From the NCBI GenBank assembly GCA_041891055.1, contig CP169075.1, forward strand, positions 52,001-116,000: a stretch of 64,000 bases of DNA, in the 5' to 3' direction. The stretch is from Halorutilales archaeon Cl-col2-1. Its GTDB lineage: Archaea > Halobacteriota > Halobacteria > Halobacteriales > Afararchaeaceae. The translations under genes were made by a program, and so were the position numbers. A model generated the notes under the pieces. That model did no database searches. It had not been told where the DNA came from and was given only the letters and a program-made list of their open reading frames with translations. Numbering within the stretch: position 1 is the stretch's first letter; each line of letters begins with the position of its first letter. Below, piece by piece: positions 1 through 9,968 of this stretch.

Positions 1-2708
1 CTATCTGTCTTGTAATCGATTATCTCGACCTCATCGTCTGTTTCGTGGACAAGGTCGACAATGCCCGATATTACTACTTGTTCTTCATCTACTTGTAGTG
101 GTAGAGTGACCGGCTCCTCAACGTGTAATTCGTCCGATAGTCCATCGATTAAGTCTTTGACCCGTCGTTCGTCGGGATTAGATGGATCCACGTCTTCGCC
201 GAGTGCATATGCCTCTGCGAAGTCATGTACTTGAGAGCCAAAGTCCATCCCTCGGTCATTTGACTCGGCATCGATGCCTATCTCAGTCTCCATCTCTATC
301 TCTTCATCAGATTCTTTGAACACTTCATTGTTCATCAGCGAGTGGGGTGAGTGACCGGTCGGTTCATCCGGTGTCTCGACTGTGAATGGCAACTCTTTCT
401 GAACTATCTGTTCTTGACTGACTGGTTCAACATCAGGTTCTATATCCTCGAGGTCGAGGGGTAACTCCTCAAGGAATGTGTTTGGATCCTCCCCACCTGC
501 AAACAAGACGTGGCTCTCTGCACGTGTGATAGCGACATAGAGGAGGCGTCTTTCTTCGTCGTACTCAGGAGGGAGACAACGACGGATCACGTCATATCGC
601 CAGTTGTCATATATATGTGGATGTTCTCGGATTTCAGAGTATATCTTGCGCTGTCGGAGACCAACCGGATCCTGGTACTGAATTACGCTTGAATCACGTG
701 CTGAGGGCGGGAAACGTCCGCTGTTCATATTCGCCATGATTACTATCGGATACTCGAGACCTTTCGCAGCGTGAACTGTCTGGACAGTAACCGAATTATC
801 TCCAGCACTCGTATGCACATCGAGTATGCTACCGTTTTCTATCCCACGTTCGATGAAACGGATCAGATCGCCTCGGGTGAGAGTAGTCGAGTCATGGACT
901 GACTGAACTGTATCGAGTATGACATCGGCGTAGTCTCCTGTGAATCCGTACCGTTCGAAGACACGGCGTGTAACTGCTCCGACAGACTCTAGAGATCGGA
1001 GGGCATCTCGAAACTCGACCATCTCAACAGGATAAGACTCAGTCTCTAAGATGTGTTTTATTTCGTCGAACGTGTAGCCTGTCTTCTCTAACACGACTGC
1101 CCATCCACGGTCGGCATCCCGTTCAAGAATCCGGAGCCATGCAAGGAGAAGCTTTGCAGGGTCGGTTCGGAAGAGTTCGACCCCTCCATCATATGCCATC
1201 GGGAAACTGTATTCATCGGCAACTTCGAGGAGTTCACGACCGTAGTCCCGAGTTCGTGTGAAGACGGCAATGTCTTCGAAGTCAGGAGGTCGTGGCTCTC
1301 CATTCTCGTCTTCAACAGAATACTCCTCGTTACCCACAATCTCCTGTATTAGAGATAGGACGGCTTCGTGTTCGTCCTCGTTTTGGAAACCACTCAGAAC
1401 CGTGTTGTCGAACTCAGCGTTCGAGGATAATCCGACGACGTCCTCGATTTCTGTCTCGTCGACTTCTTCATTACTTGATGCTGGTGTTACGAGTGCTTCT
1501 TCAGAGAAGTCCAGAATAGTCTGGGTGGATCTGTAGTTCTCTTTGAGCGGTATCCGCGTGATTGAGTCAGTGTCAAAGTCGACCCTGTCTGTGTCGCTGT
1601 TGAGGTCGGTGCTGAACTCTTCGAGACGGTTCTTGAACTCCATTATATTCTGTACATCAGCATACTGGAAAGAGTAGATACTCTGTTTCCAGTCTCCGAC
1701 AACACAGAGATTATCAGTACGAGTCAGGAGTAATGCGAGCTTGAACTGAATCTCACTCGTGTCTTGAAACTCATCGACCATTACATACTCGAATCCGGCG
1801 TCTTCACGGAGCCTCGGCTCTTCACAGAGGAGGACGAAGGCGAAAAGCTGGAGGAAACCAAAGTTGAGATAGTTTCGGCTGAGTGCGAACTCTAAGTACT
1901 CGAAGTAGACGTCGTGGACAAACTCTTTGAGGTCATCTCTCTCCTCATTAAATACCTCGTCTGCGACGGTGTCGTCTAACTTCTTCGTTCCTCGACCTCC
2001 TCGTAACTCTTTCTTTGTTGGGGCATCAGGGAGATGGATCTTGTTCTGTTCGAAACGTCTTAGACTATCTCGAAGCTGGGACTGTTTTCGACCGTCGTTA
2101 CGTGGCTCGTTGACCTCGTCGAATTTCTCTTTGAAGGCTTCGAAATCCCCATCGAGATACTTTTCACCGTCACGGTACCAGCCGTCTACTGTTGGAAAGA
2201 CTCCCTTAGAAGCAAGTTCTTTGATCAGATCAAGTAGCTCACTTGGACTCGGTAGTATCCGATAGAACTCCGTATACTCGGGGTGATCCCCGCGGAACTG
2301 CCCGAAGAACTCCCGGAAAAGCTCAGCTTCGATGAGTTCGTCCTCGATGATACGTGTTGATCCCGTGATCCGTCCATCGATACCAAGATGAGTCGGAGCG
2401 GAGTAGCCATGTTCTCTAAGGATATCGTGGCAGTGGGAGTGGAAGGTTCGGATCGGAGCGTCGGCTAACTCACGCATCCGGTAGTCACTGTGTTCGACGA
2501 TCCTCTCTTTCATCTCTGCTGCAGCACTTCGAGTGAATGTCACCAGTAGTATATCCTCAGGATCAACTTCGGACTGGTTTACGATATTCGCATACCGACG
2601 TGTAATCGTGAATGTCTTCCCTGTACCGGGTCCGGCATCGACGAGATAGATCCCCTCGGTCTCGTTAATGAGCTGTTGCTGTCGTTGGTTGGGTGTCGGT
2701 TCAGTCAT
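1..2708 (-). CDS. UvrD/AddA(AdnB)-like SF1 helicase with C-terminal PD-(D/E)XK nuclease; 3' end runs off the window
   Basis: Manual translation from ATG at 2708: MTEPTPNQRQQQLINETEGIYLVDAGPGTGKT (Walker A); VMVDEFQDT, VGDWKQSIYSFQYA, TVHAAKGLEYP, EERRLLYVAITRA; GIVDLV..VEIIDYKT near base 1. Not in the ORF track because it lacks a stop in the window; overlaps the upstream gene stop by 8 bp. Confidence 0.92.
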   Translation of the reverse strand, partial: MTEPTPNQRQQQLINETEGIYLVDAGPGTGKTFTITRRYANIVNQSEVDPEDILLVTFTRSAAAEMKERIVEHSDYRMRELADAPIRTFHSHCHDILREHGYSAPTHLGIDGRITGSTRIIEDELIEAELFREFFGQFRGDHPEYTEFYRILPSPSELLDLIKELASKGVFPTVDGWYRDGEKYLDGDFEAFKEKFDEVNEPRNDGRKQSQLRDSLRRFEQNKIHLPDAPTKKELRGGRGTKKLDDTVADEVFNEERDDLKEFVHDVYFEYLEFALSRNYLNFGFLQLFAFVLLCEEPRLREDAGFEYVMVDEFQDTSEIQFKLALLLTRTDNLCVVGDWKQSIYSFQYADVQNIMEFKNRLEEFSTDLNSDTDRVDFDTDSITRIPLKENYRSTQTILDFSEEALVTPASSNEEVDETEIEDVVGLSSNAEFDNTVLSGFQNEDEHEAVLSLIQEIVGNEEYSVEDENGEPRPPDFEDIAVFTRTRDYGRELLEVADEYSFPMAYDGGVELFRTDPAKLLLAWLRILERDADRGWAVVLEKTGYTFDEIKHILETESYPVEMVEFRDALRSLESVGAVTRRVFERYGFTGDYADVILDTVQSVHDSTTLTRGDLIRFIERGIENGSILDVHTSAGDNSVTVQTVHAAKGLEYPIVIMANMNSGRFPPSARDSSVIQYQDPVGLRQRKIYSEIREHPHIYDNWRYDVIRRCLPPEYDEERRLLYVAITRAESHVLFAGGEDPNTFLEELPLDLEDIEPDVEPVSQEQIVQKELPFTVETPDEPTGHSPHSLMNNEVFKESDEEIEMETEIGIDAESNDRGMDFGSQVHDFAEAYALGEDVDPSNPDERRVKDLIDGLSDELHVEEPVTLPLQVDEEQVVISGIVDLVHETDDEVEIIDYKTD

Positions 2709-5313
2709 CTTTCTCCCCCTCCAGCAGTAGGTCACGGTTATCTATTCGACGGTAGTTCGGCTCTCCAGATAGACCTTCGACTGGAAAGCGTTCATCACCT
2801 GATCGGCGTCGATTGAGCTCTGTGAGACGCTCGTCGACGAAATCCTCGAACGCATCGAGATCTTCACGGAAGAAAGTCCGCTCCCGAATCTTGTTGAGTC
2901 TACGTATCGCCTGGTCACTTCCCTTCTCGGCGTCTACATCCTCAGATGTCCCTACGTCGACAGCCGTCGTGAACTCCTCGGCGAACTCAGACGAGCGGAG
3001 CTCGCTCTTCTCAGTTGTATCAGGGAAAGTTAGCTGGTTCATGATGTCACTGTATGATGGGTATCCAAGATCGTCGAAAGTCTCTTGACAGTCGTTGTAG
3101 CCATTGAGGAGCTCTTCATAGGCGTCACGAGATCCCACGTATTCGTCGAAGGTGAAAGGATAATAGGAGACTGTCGTAACTGCGTCCTCGATATTAGCCT
3201 TGCCTTCTATTACATCATCTATGGTGTCTAAGAAATGGAAGAAGGTGAAATCGAGAGGCTTGTTCGGCTGTATACTTCGGTAGTAGGTGAGATACACTGC
3301 TGCTTGGAAGTTCGGTGTATCTGCTGGGGAATCAACTGCCGCACGTTTGACAACTTGATATTCTGATTTCTTTCTCCCGCTTTTGTAATCGAGGAGGTGG
3401 TCTGGGGACTCAATTAGATCTATTTTGCCTTTGACACCGAGAGAACTATCCTCGAACCACCTCTCAGTAACTGTAGAGTCAATAGGTTGGTCGAAGTAGT
3501 TGGCGAAGAAATTCGATCCCCAACCCGATGTTGAACTGAGAAAACTGTCGGAGTCTGGGGAGTTACTGTCGAGATACTCAATTATATTCTCCAGACCGAT
3601 TTGGTATTTTCGTCGACGAAGAGTCTCATCTGCGGACGAAAAGAAGGGTTCTGCCTCGGTGATCATCACGTCTATGAGTTCATCCATATCGGTATTATCT
3701 ATGGTCTCGGGATGGTTCACGTAGAACTCAGCGAAGTCATGGAACAGGTTACCCTCGACGAACCTTTCTTGATCCGGTAAATCAATAAGCTGGTTGAAGA
3801 AGTAATCGCGCGGACTGTTGACATAGCTGTTTAGACTCGACTGACTTACTGTATCAACCGTTTCTGACTCCACATTGAGGCTATTGCGCTCGAATCCACC
3901 CATAGAGTCGTCTGAACGTTGAATGCGTTGATGCTTAACTGAGTTGAGGTCACTAAACCTCTCGAAGTCGTCTTCGAAGAGATCGCCGAAATAAAGACAC
4001 GGTGTAACCGGCTCACCTCCTGCGGAGTCCTGTACTAGGTAATACTGCTCGCTCCCGCTTTGGAGGAGACGTTGAAACCCACCGATATATCGTCCGAACT
4101 GAGACTGGGTATCAACCCAAGGACGTTGAGGTGCTGAGTGTGTCCAGTTCTGATCCATACCGATGTAGAACACTACAGGACGGTCGACGTAGTTGGACGA
4201 CTTCGCATCGGCTAGAAGGACTCCTTCATTTTCTCTGTCTACTGGAACCTCATATGTCTCTAAGTAGTAGGAAAGTTGATCGACATAATCGTCTGTGATC
4301 TCTTTCTCTGACAGACCGAGTTTATCGAGTTCTTCGCCGAAACGTTCAAGTTCAATACCGGTTTTCTCTGTATATTCATTGAGAGCGTCGTCAAATGTTC
4401 GTCTGTCTATGTTGTCACAGAAGCCGTGTAGCCAGTCGAGAACTGAAGACTCTACGGAAGCAAGACGCTTCTCATAGTCATCGAACGGGACATCGAGTCC
4501 CATCTGTGTAAGAACGGGAGCCACGTCCCCAACGGTCGTCTCAGAGCCTCGGAACGGTATCCTGAGTAACCGTACGAAAGCTCTGTGGTGAGGGTCATCG
4601 ATAAATCCGGGTCCACCATAGAACGGTATCTCAGCGGATTCAAATGCTGATTCGATAAGAGAGGAGTATTTGCTTGCACTATCGACTACGACGGCGACGT
4701 CGTCGGCATTCTGTGGATTAACTGTATCTAATAGTGCATTGACGATTTCAGCTGAAGATTCGAAGATATGGAAGGAAGGGTAGTTGAACTTTTCGTCAGT
4801 GAATAGTTCTATGCGGTCGACGTCCGGTGGCAGTATACTACGTTCGAGGTTCGTGAGCTGATCGTAGCCGACTACAGCTACAGACTGATTGTTTTCGACC
4901 TCGTAGTCGGTAAGCTGTCGGGATGTCGTCCTGAGTGAGGACATAATCTCTACAGCGTCTCGAGTCGCCTCGTTGATGTAGGCATCGTATTCGAAGATGG
5001 AGTCGAGACTGCCTTGGTGTTCCCAACACTGTAACACGTTACCGATAGCATACGAGATGGCTTCCCAGTCGTGTTTGGTCTCGTCGACTACTTCAAGAAA
5101 GGCTATACGGTCTTCTGCTTGTTCCCGTCTGCCAGCTGCGAGACGGCGTGGAGTAGTCGAGAAGGATCCAAACTGTGGACGGTCGAGACGTCGGTTGATC
5201 GCACTCGCAAAAGGGGCATCGGGAGTGATGACGAGGTCATAGTCTTTGACTTCTGAGTAGACTTCGTCGGCGTCTTTCGCTCGGTGAATTGGCACGGGTA
5301 TGTCCAAGCACAC
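2701..5313 (-). CDS. AddB/AdnA-like protein: degenerate helicase scaffold plus PD-(D/E)XK nuclease (exact start uncertain)
   Basis: 870 aa; SQSSLNSYVNSPRDYFF, GNLFHDFAE, GKIDLI..LLDYKSG, FQAAVY; no Walker A; coupled to the UvrD gene. Confidence 0.82.
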   Translation of the reverse strand: MCLDIPVPIHRAKDADEVYSEVKDYDLVITPDAPFASAINRRLDRPQFGSFSTTPRRLAAGRREQAEDRIAFLEVVDETKHDWEAISYAIGNVLQCWEHQGSLDSIFEYDAYINEATRDAVEIMSSLRTTSRQLTDYEVENNQSVAVVGYDQLTNLERSILPPDVDRIELFTDEKFNYPSFHIFESSAEIVNALLDTVNPQNADDVAVVVDSASKYSSLIESAFESAEIPFYGGPGFIDDPHHRAFVRLLRIPFRGSETTVGDVAPVLTQMGLDVPFDDYEKRLASVESSVLDWLHGFCDNIDRRTFDDALNEYTEKTGIELERFGEELDKLGLSEKEITDDYVDQLSYYLETYEVPVDRENEGVLLADAKSSNYVDRPVVFYIGMDQNWTHSAPQRPWVDTQSQFGRYIGGFQRLLQSGSEQYYLVQDSAGGEPVTPCLYFGDLFEDDFERFSDLNSVKHQRIQRSDDSMGGFERNSLNVESETVDTVSQSSLNSYVNSPRDYFFNQLIDLPDQERFVEGNLFHDFAEFYVNHPETIDNTDMDELIDVMITEAEPFFSSADETLRRRKYQIGLENIIEYLDSNSPDSDSFLSSTSGWGSNFFANYFDQPIDSTVTERWFEDSSLGVKGKIDLIESPDHLLDYKSGRKKSEYQVVKRAAVDSPADTPNFQAAVYLTYYRSIQPNKPLDFTFFHFLDTIDDVIEGKANIEDAVTTVSYYPFTFDEYVGSRDAYEELLNGYNDCQETFDDLGYPSYSDIMNQLTFPDTTEKSELRSSEFAEEFTTAVDVGTSEDVDAEKGSDQAIRRLNKIRERTFFREDLDAFEDFVDERLTELNRRRSGDERFPVEGLSGEPNYRRIDNRDLLLEGEKDD

Positions 5314-5436
5314 GACTCAAAAAAAGATACTGGTGCTTGTTGGACTCAGTATCAGCTACAGATCATTTGTCTTCACTTCCGTGTCGGCAGAACTAGAGTC
5401 TACTGACAAGCCCTTCTTTAGGGGTGGGTAGCTGAC

Positions 5437-5778
5437 TTAATCAGCAGCGTTGATAGCACTATTCAACTCGAAGAGCTCCTTGACGACCTCGCTTTCGGTC
5501 AATCGGTATCGTTTCGGAGAGGTGTTAGGAACCTCTTCGAGGATATTTACTTCGAGTAATAGATCTATGTAGTTCCCTACCGTCTGTCGCGTGACCCCGG
5601 CGTGCTCGGCTAACTCAGTCTTATTAAACTCCTTTCTAGGAGGGAGGTCTAAGAGAGCGTCTATAAGTATAGGTATACTCTCGTGTTGAGTCAGGTATAG
5701 CCATCCGCTAGGATGTTCTAAACGTTCCTCCTTTGTATCTACTTCCTGACTTTTGGATCCATCGGAGACTTGACTCAT
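5437..5778 (-). CDS. Winged-HTH DNA-binding protein
   Basis: EFNKTELAEHAGVTRQTVGNYIDLLLEVNILEE HTH; upstream of the helicase-nuclease pair on the same strand. Confidence 0.8.
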   Translation of the reverse strand: MSQVSDGSKSQEVDTKEERLEHPSGWLYLTQHESIPILIDALLDLPPRKEFNKTELAEHAGVTRQTVGNYIDLLLEVNILEEVPNTSPKRYRLTESEVVKELFELNSAINAAD

Positions 5779-5851
5779 GTTTGTTACTATTAACTTTGAG
5801 TGGTATAACTCTTTGCACCGGTGTTAATCAGTATTAACAGTCTTTAATAAT

Positions 5852-5970
5852 AGCTAACCAACATTTTCGAAATATTGTCTAGAGATGTTGGTTAGCTAGG
5901 GAGAGAAATACACTCCAAAGCGGGTGTGGTGGTGTCGGTGTTAAGCTGGGTCAGGTGACTCAGGTTAACA
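5852..5970. repeat. ~120-bp composite repeat, copy 1 (site A 5852-5897, CTCCARAGCGG motif, palindrome B 5939-5970)
   Basis: Near-identical direct repeat of 6741-6860. Confidence 0.9.
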
Positions 5971-5976
5971 GTTAGT

Positions 5977-6251
5977 AAGTCTCCGTCCTCAAGGAGTCGT
6001 TCGCAAATCTTTGATTTGCGACTGTAGCCAATCAGAGATTGGCATACCTACGAGAACGGAGTTCTCGGGACGGGAGCAAATCTGTGATTTGCGAGCCTGC
6101 GAGAGCAAAGCTCTCGGGACGTTGACGAATCGCAGAGCGATTCGTTCGCACACCAGAACGCCTTGCGTTCTGGGGACGTTCGTCAAACTTTGTTTGACGT
6201 GCCAACAAGATCGGAGATCTTGTGACGGGGCTTGACCCCGAGGCGGTTGAC
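5977..6251 (+). mobile_element. Non-autonomous IS200/IS605 derivative filled with a tandem array of twin-hairpin micro-elements
   Basis: Left-end-like CCGTCCTCAAGGAGT (cf. 10030-10042); right end CGGGGCTTGACCCCGAGGCGGTTGAC identical to the end of the tnpB element at 60934; nine triloop hairpins between. Confidence 0.75.
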
Positions 6252-6438
6252 TTTTTCCTACTCCCGTTTTACCGTAAGCAAATATATTCTTGGGAGGGTC
6301 ACAGTTCATCACAGGCTGGAGAATATCAACATACTCAGAGATCTCCTCGTCTCTTTCTTCGATGTCTTCCGGCTCATAGTCTTCTCGAAGTGGGGTCTCA
6401 GTACGGAAAATCGATTCGTCCGGCTCAAAGAGTCCCAT
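6252..6438 (-). pseudogene. orc1: orc1/cdc6 N-terminal fragment truncated at Walker A
   Basis: MGLFEPDESIFRTETPLREDYEPEDIEERDEEI...NIFAYGKTGVGK aligns with the intact Orc1 at 45635, then reads into the IS605 end. Confidence 0.88.
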
Positions 6439-6460
6439 GAAAGATTATCATACATAAAAC

Positions 6461-6724
6461 CACCCCCTTCAAGTGTTTCAAGTGTTTCAAATGTTTTACT
6501 TCTTTAAATACCCCCACACCCCACTGTTTCAAGTGTTCCTAGCTTAAAACAACACTCTCAATAGTTAGTTAGTTATTAAAAACAAAATATTTAATATAAT
6601 ACAATACATCTATTAGGTTTATGGGTAACTGAGACTTATTTTCAGTATTCTAGTATAGTGTCTAAATAGTATACGGATAGAATACCCCTAGTTATCCAGA
6701 ACAGTTGAAACGATGGGGTGGGGG
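6461..6724. promoter_or_regulatory. Replication origin 1 (G-string ORBs flanking an AT-rich DUE)
   Basis: Inverted CCCCCACACCCCACTGTTTCAAGTGTT (6511-6537) and AACAGTTGAAACGATGGGGTGGGGG (6700-6724) around an AT-rich tract; three TTCAARTG units next to the orc1 start. Confidence 0.8.
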
Positions 6725-6740
6725 AGTCTTTGATTTGCTG

Positions 6741-6860
6741 AACTAACCAACATTTTCGGAGAATTGTCTAGAGATGTTGGTTAGCTAGGGAGAAAAATAC
6801 ACTCCAAAGCAGGTGTGGTGGTCGTTGGTGTTAAGCTGGGTCAGGTGACTCAGGTTAACA
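6741..6860. repeat. ~120-bp composite repeat, copy 2 (site A 6741-6786, palindrome B 6829-6860)
   Basis: Direct repeat of 5852-5970. Confidence 0.9.
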
Positions 6861-6869
6861 GGGGCGGCT

Positions 6870-7328
6870 CTACTCGAACAGATCTTCGAGAGCCTCGTCT
6901 ATGAGATCGTCGACGTCTATACCTTTCTTTTTAGCTACGTAGAGAGCTGCGGCTTCGATGTTGACTGCCTGGAGTTCTCGTTTTGCTCGGTTGATTTCGG
7001 CTACTGTCTCCTGTTTTTCGAAACCGTTGGCGATGAGTCTGTTCAGTATCTGGTCGAATAGGTCTTGTTCTCCAGTTATTGTCTCTACGTCGGGAGGCGA
7101 ATAGCCTGTAGTATCTACCTCCTCGACAGAGAACTGTACTTGGACGTCGTCTTCTTCTCCTGTAGGTTCGAGTAAATCTCTTTCTTTTGCGGCTTCGAGG
7201 ATCTTTTCGGCTTCGTCTGGGTTGTACCAGTCTCTATCACGAGATAGAGAGAAGATGAACTCCACTTGGGTTAGAGTGTCTTTGTCTCTTATCTTGAAGG
7301 GAGTGGCTACTACTTTTTTGAGAGTCAT
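6870..7328 (-). CDS. DUF2240-family archaeal protein
   Basis: MTLKKVVATPFK...EFIFSLSRDRDWYNPDEAEKIL signature, 152 aa. Confidence 0.75.
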   Translation of the reverse strand: MTLKKVVATPFKIRDKDTLTQVEFIFSLSRDRDWYNPDEAEKILEAAKERDLLEPTGEEDDVQVQFSVEEVDTTGYSPPDVETITGEQDLFDQILNRLIANGFEKQETVAEINRAKRELQAVNIEAAALYVAKKKGIDVDDLIDEALEDLFE

Positions 7329-7415
7329 CTCTTGAGAGTTAGTTCACCCACGTAGTATGTATATCTTCATCATCCTCAAAAAGGTTAAATAAAAATAGAG
7401 TATTTTGTTATATGA

Positions 7416-9909
7416 ATGTCCGAAGACCTGTCTTCTATTTACGAAGATGTCCGTGACATAGGCTTTTATGCAGGTCAGATAGAATTAGAGAAGACTATTG
7501 AGGGGAATAGTCCCACTTTCGGTGACACTGAAGATGTAGTTAACGAGGTAGGCAAAGAAGTCCTTGACTCCATCGGGATAGACCGCCTGTACAAACATCA
7601 AACAGAAGCGATAGATGCTGTAAACTCAGGGGACAACATAGTAATAGACACACCAACTGCATCGGGTAAGACGATGACCTATGCTATCCCCATGATAGAA
7701 GAAGGTTATCAGGACAACACGAAGTCGATCTACATAGCCCCTCAGAACTCTCTAGTCAATGATCAGACAGAATCAATACGGGAGATGACTTCTTCTATAT
7801 CACCTTCTCCCTTTGATTCTGACTCACAGAATCTTGATAGATTCTCAGATAATAATCTGCCGCCAGGTTCTGTTTCGGTAGCAAGGTATACCGGACAGTT
7901 ATCCCAGACCGAGAAACGGAATGTGAGAAATGAAGAGCCCGAGATCCTGCTGAGTAATCCGGAGATGCTCCACATGTCAGTTCTGCCTTACGCTGAAACA
8001 CACTGGCGGTGGCTTTTTGAGAATCTCAGATACGTGGTTCTCGACGAAGTTCATAGATACCGAGGATACTTTGGGATACATCTATCACTGATACTTCGAC
8101 GTCTAAAGAGAAAAGCCGAGACATTCGGAAGGGATCTGCAGTTTCTATGTGCCTCCGCTACTATACAGAACCCTATAGAACATGCTAGCAGAGTAACTGG
8201 AGAGGATGATGATTCATTTACTCATATCTCCGAGGACTACAGTGCCTCTGGAGACAAACACTGGATGTTCTGGCAACCTCCGGAGAAAGATTCTAAGTAC
8301 ACTAATTTTGACTCTGAATCGGGAGACAGTATTAGTAACAGAAAGTCAAGCCACTCGGAAGCCACCGATATCTTCAGCTACTTTGTGATTGATAGATACC
8401 AGACTCTTGTGTTTACCCGAGCACGTCAAGGTGCAGAATATTATTCTATGGTATCGCAGAGAAGACTACAGGAGATGGGGCATAATGACCTCGCAGAAAA
8501 AGTAACTGCGTACGAAGGAGCGTTAACTGACGACAGACGGGAGGAGATAGAAGAAGGTCTAAAATCTGGTGACACATTAGGTGTCTGGAGTACGAATGCA
8601 CTGGAGCTTGGGGTTGATATAGGCGGTCTAGACGTTGTTATCTTAGACGGATATCCTAAGACCGTCATGTCTACGTTTCAACGAGCTGGTAGAGCTGGAC
8701 GAGGTAAAGACGACAGCGCAGTCGTTTTAGTTGCAGGTAATGACTCTCTCGATCAGTATATCCTCAGAAACCCCGACGATCTCTTCGAGGGCGATCCAGA
8801 GAGAGCTATGGTTAACCCCGCAAACGAGAAGATACTAAAAGACCATCTCGCCTGTGCAGCTTCTGAAAATCCTCTCGAGCTTACTGATAGAACATACTTC
8901 CCCAGTAACTTCATCGATATTGTAGAGGAGATGATCGAAGAAGGACGTCTTGAAGAGAAAGGTACGAAGTCAGAGTCAGAGTCAGGGTCAGGGTCAGGGT
9001 CAGGGTCAGATAGTAGCCACACTAAATTAGAAACCACAGAGGATGGCCCTCACTATTCGATGGCTATCCGAGACATAGACAGTCAGATGATACAGATAGT
9101 CGACAAAACAACGGGGTCGAATATAGCTGAGCTCCAGAGAAGAGACGCTTACCGTGATGCTCATAGAGGCGCCTATTATACCCACCAAGATCAGAATTAC
9201 AAAGTTGAGAACCTCGACTTGAAGGAGAGGCCGTGCCGAAGTAGTCCCTACTAACACTGACCAGATCACACAGACTGTGAGTGAGAAGCAAATAGACATA
9301 CTAAAGAGTAGAAATGGTAAGGTTCTAACTCTTGATACAGGAGATGAAGACGCATATGTCTGGTTCGCTGACGTAAGGGTCAAAGAGTCTTTTCAGAAGT
9401 ATCTCATCCGTGATAGAAGGACTCAGGAGGTATTAGAGGAGTATCCTCTCGATCTGCCGGATATAGAGGTAGAGACTGAAGCTTTCTATATCACTTTACC
9501 CGACAGTCTCAGACGAGATCTGATGGCTGGTATAGAAAGTGGTTCTGAAGATGACGATAAATACCTCGGAGGTCTACACGCTGCTGAACATGGTCTAATA
9601 GCTATGACTCCTAGAGAGGTTCTGTGTGATAGAAATGACCTCGGAGGACTATCTATATCACGTCACGACGGGACTAACGAAGCTACAATATTTGTACACG
9701 AAGGGATAGAAGGTGGTGTAGGTATATGTAAGGAAGCTTTTGAGTCTATCGAGGATCTGATACAGAAGTCTCTTGATATGATAACGACGTGTGGATGTGA
9801 GTCGGGCTGTCCCTCGTGTGTCTACAGTCCTAAGTGTGGTAATAACAACGAGACTATAGATAAAGAAATGTCAGTAGAGATTTTAGAGAAGCTTGCTGGG
9901 AGTCTGTGA
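7416..9909 (+). pseudogene. Hrq1/MrfA(YprA)-type DEAH helicase with DUF1998 Zn domain, split by a +1 frameshift near 9228
   Basis: TPTASGKT, LDEVHRYRG, STNALELGVDIG, QRAGRAGR in 7416-9254; LHAAEHGLI and CGCESGCPSCVYSPKC in 9277-9909; removing one base in GAG-A-GGC joins LKE-GRAEVVPTNTD. Confidence 0.85.
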
Positions 9910-9968
9910 GAGAGATTGTCTCTAGATCTCCAGAGCGGTAGTGTGGCCTCTATTATTTCAACTTGTGC

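Noticed and set aside
6252-6271. Guide from the 6251 right end targeting the intact orc1
   Set aside because: The Walker A codons of the intact orc1 (~45800-45822) differ at several positions and no TTCAT is adjacent
8970-9010. (TCAGRG)n hexamer run
   Set aside because: In-frame microsatellite encoding a SESESGSGSGS linker; no sign of phase variation
7416-9909. DISARM drmA/drmB
   Set aside because: The two ORFs rejoin into one Hrq1/MrfA-type gene; no adjacent drm methylase or drmC
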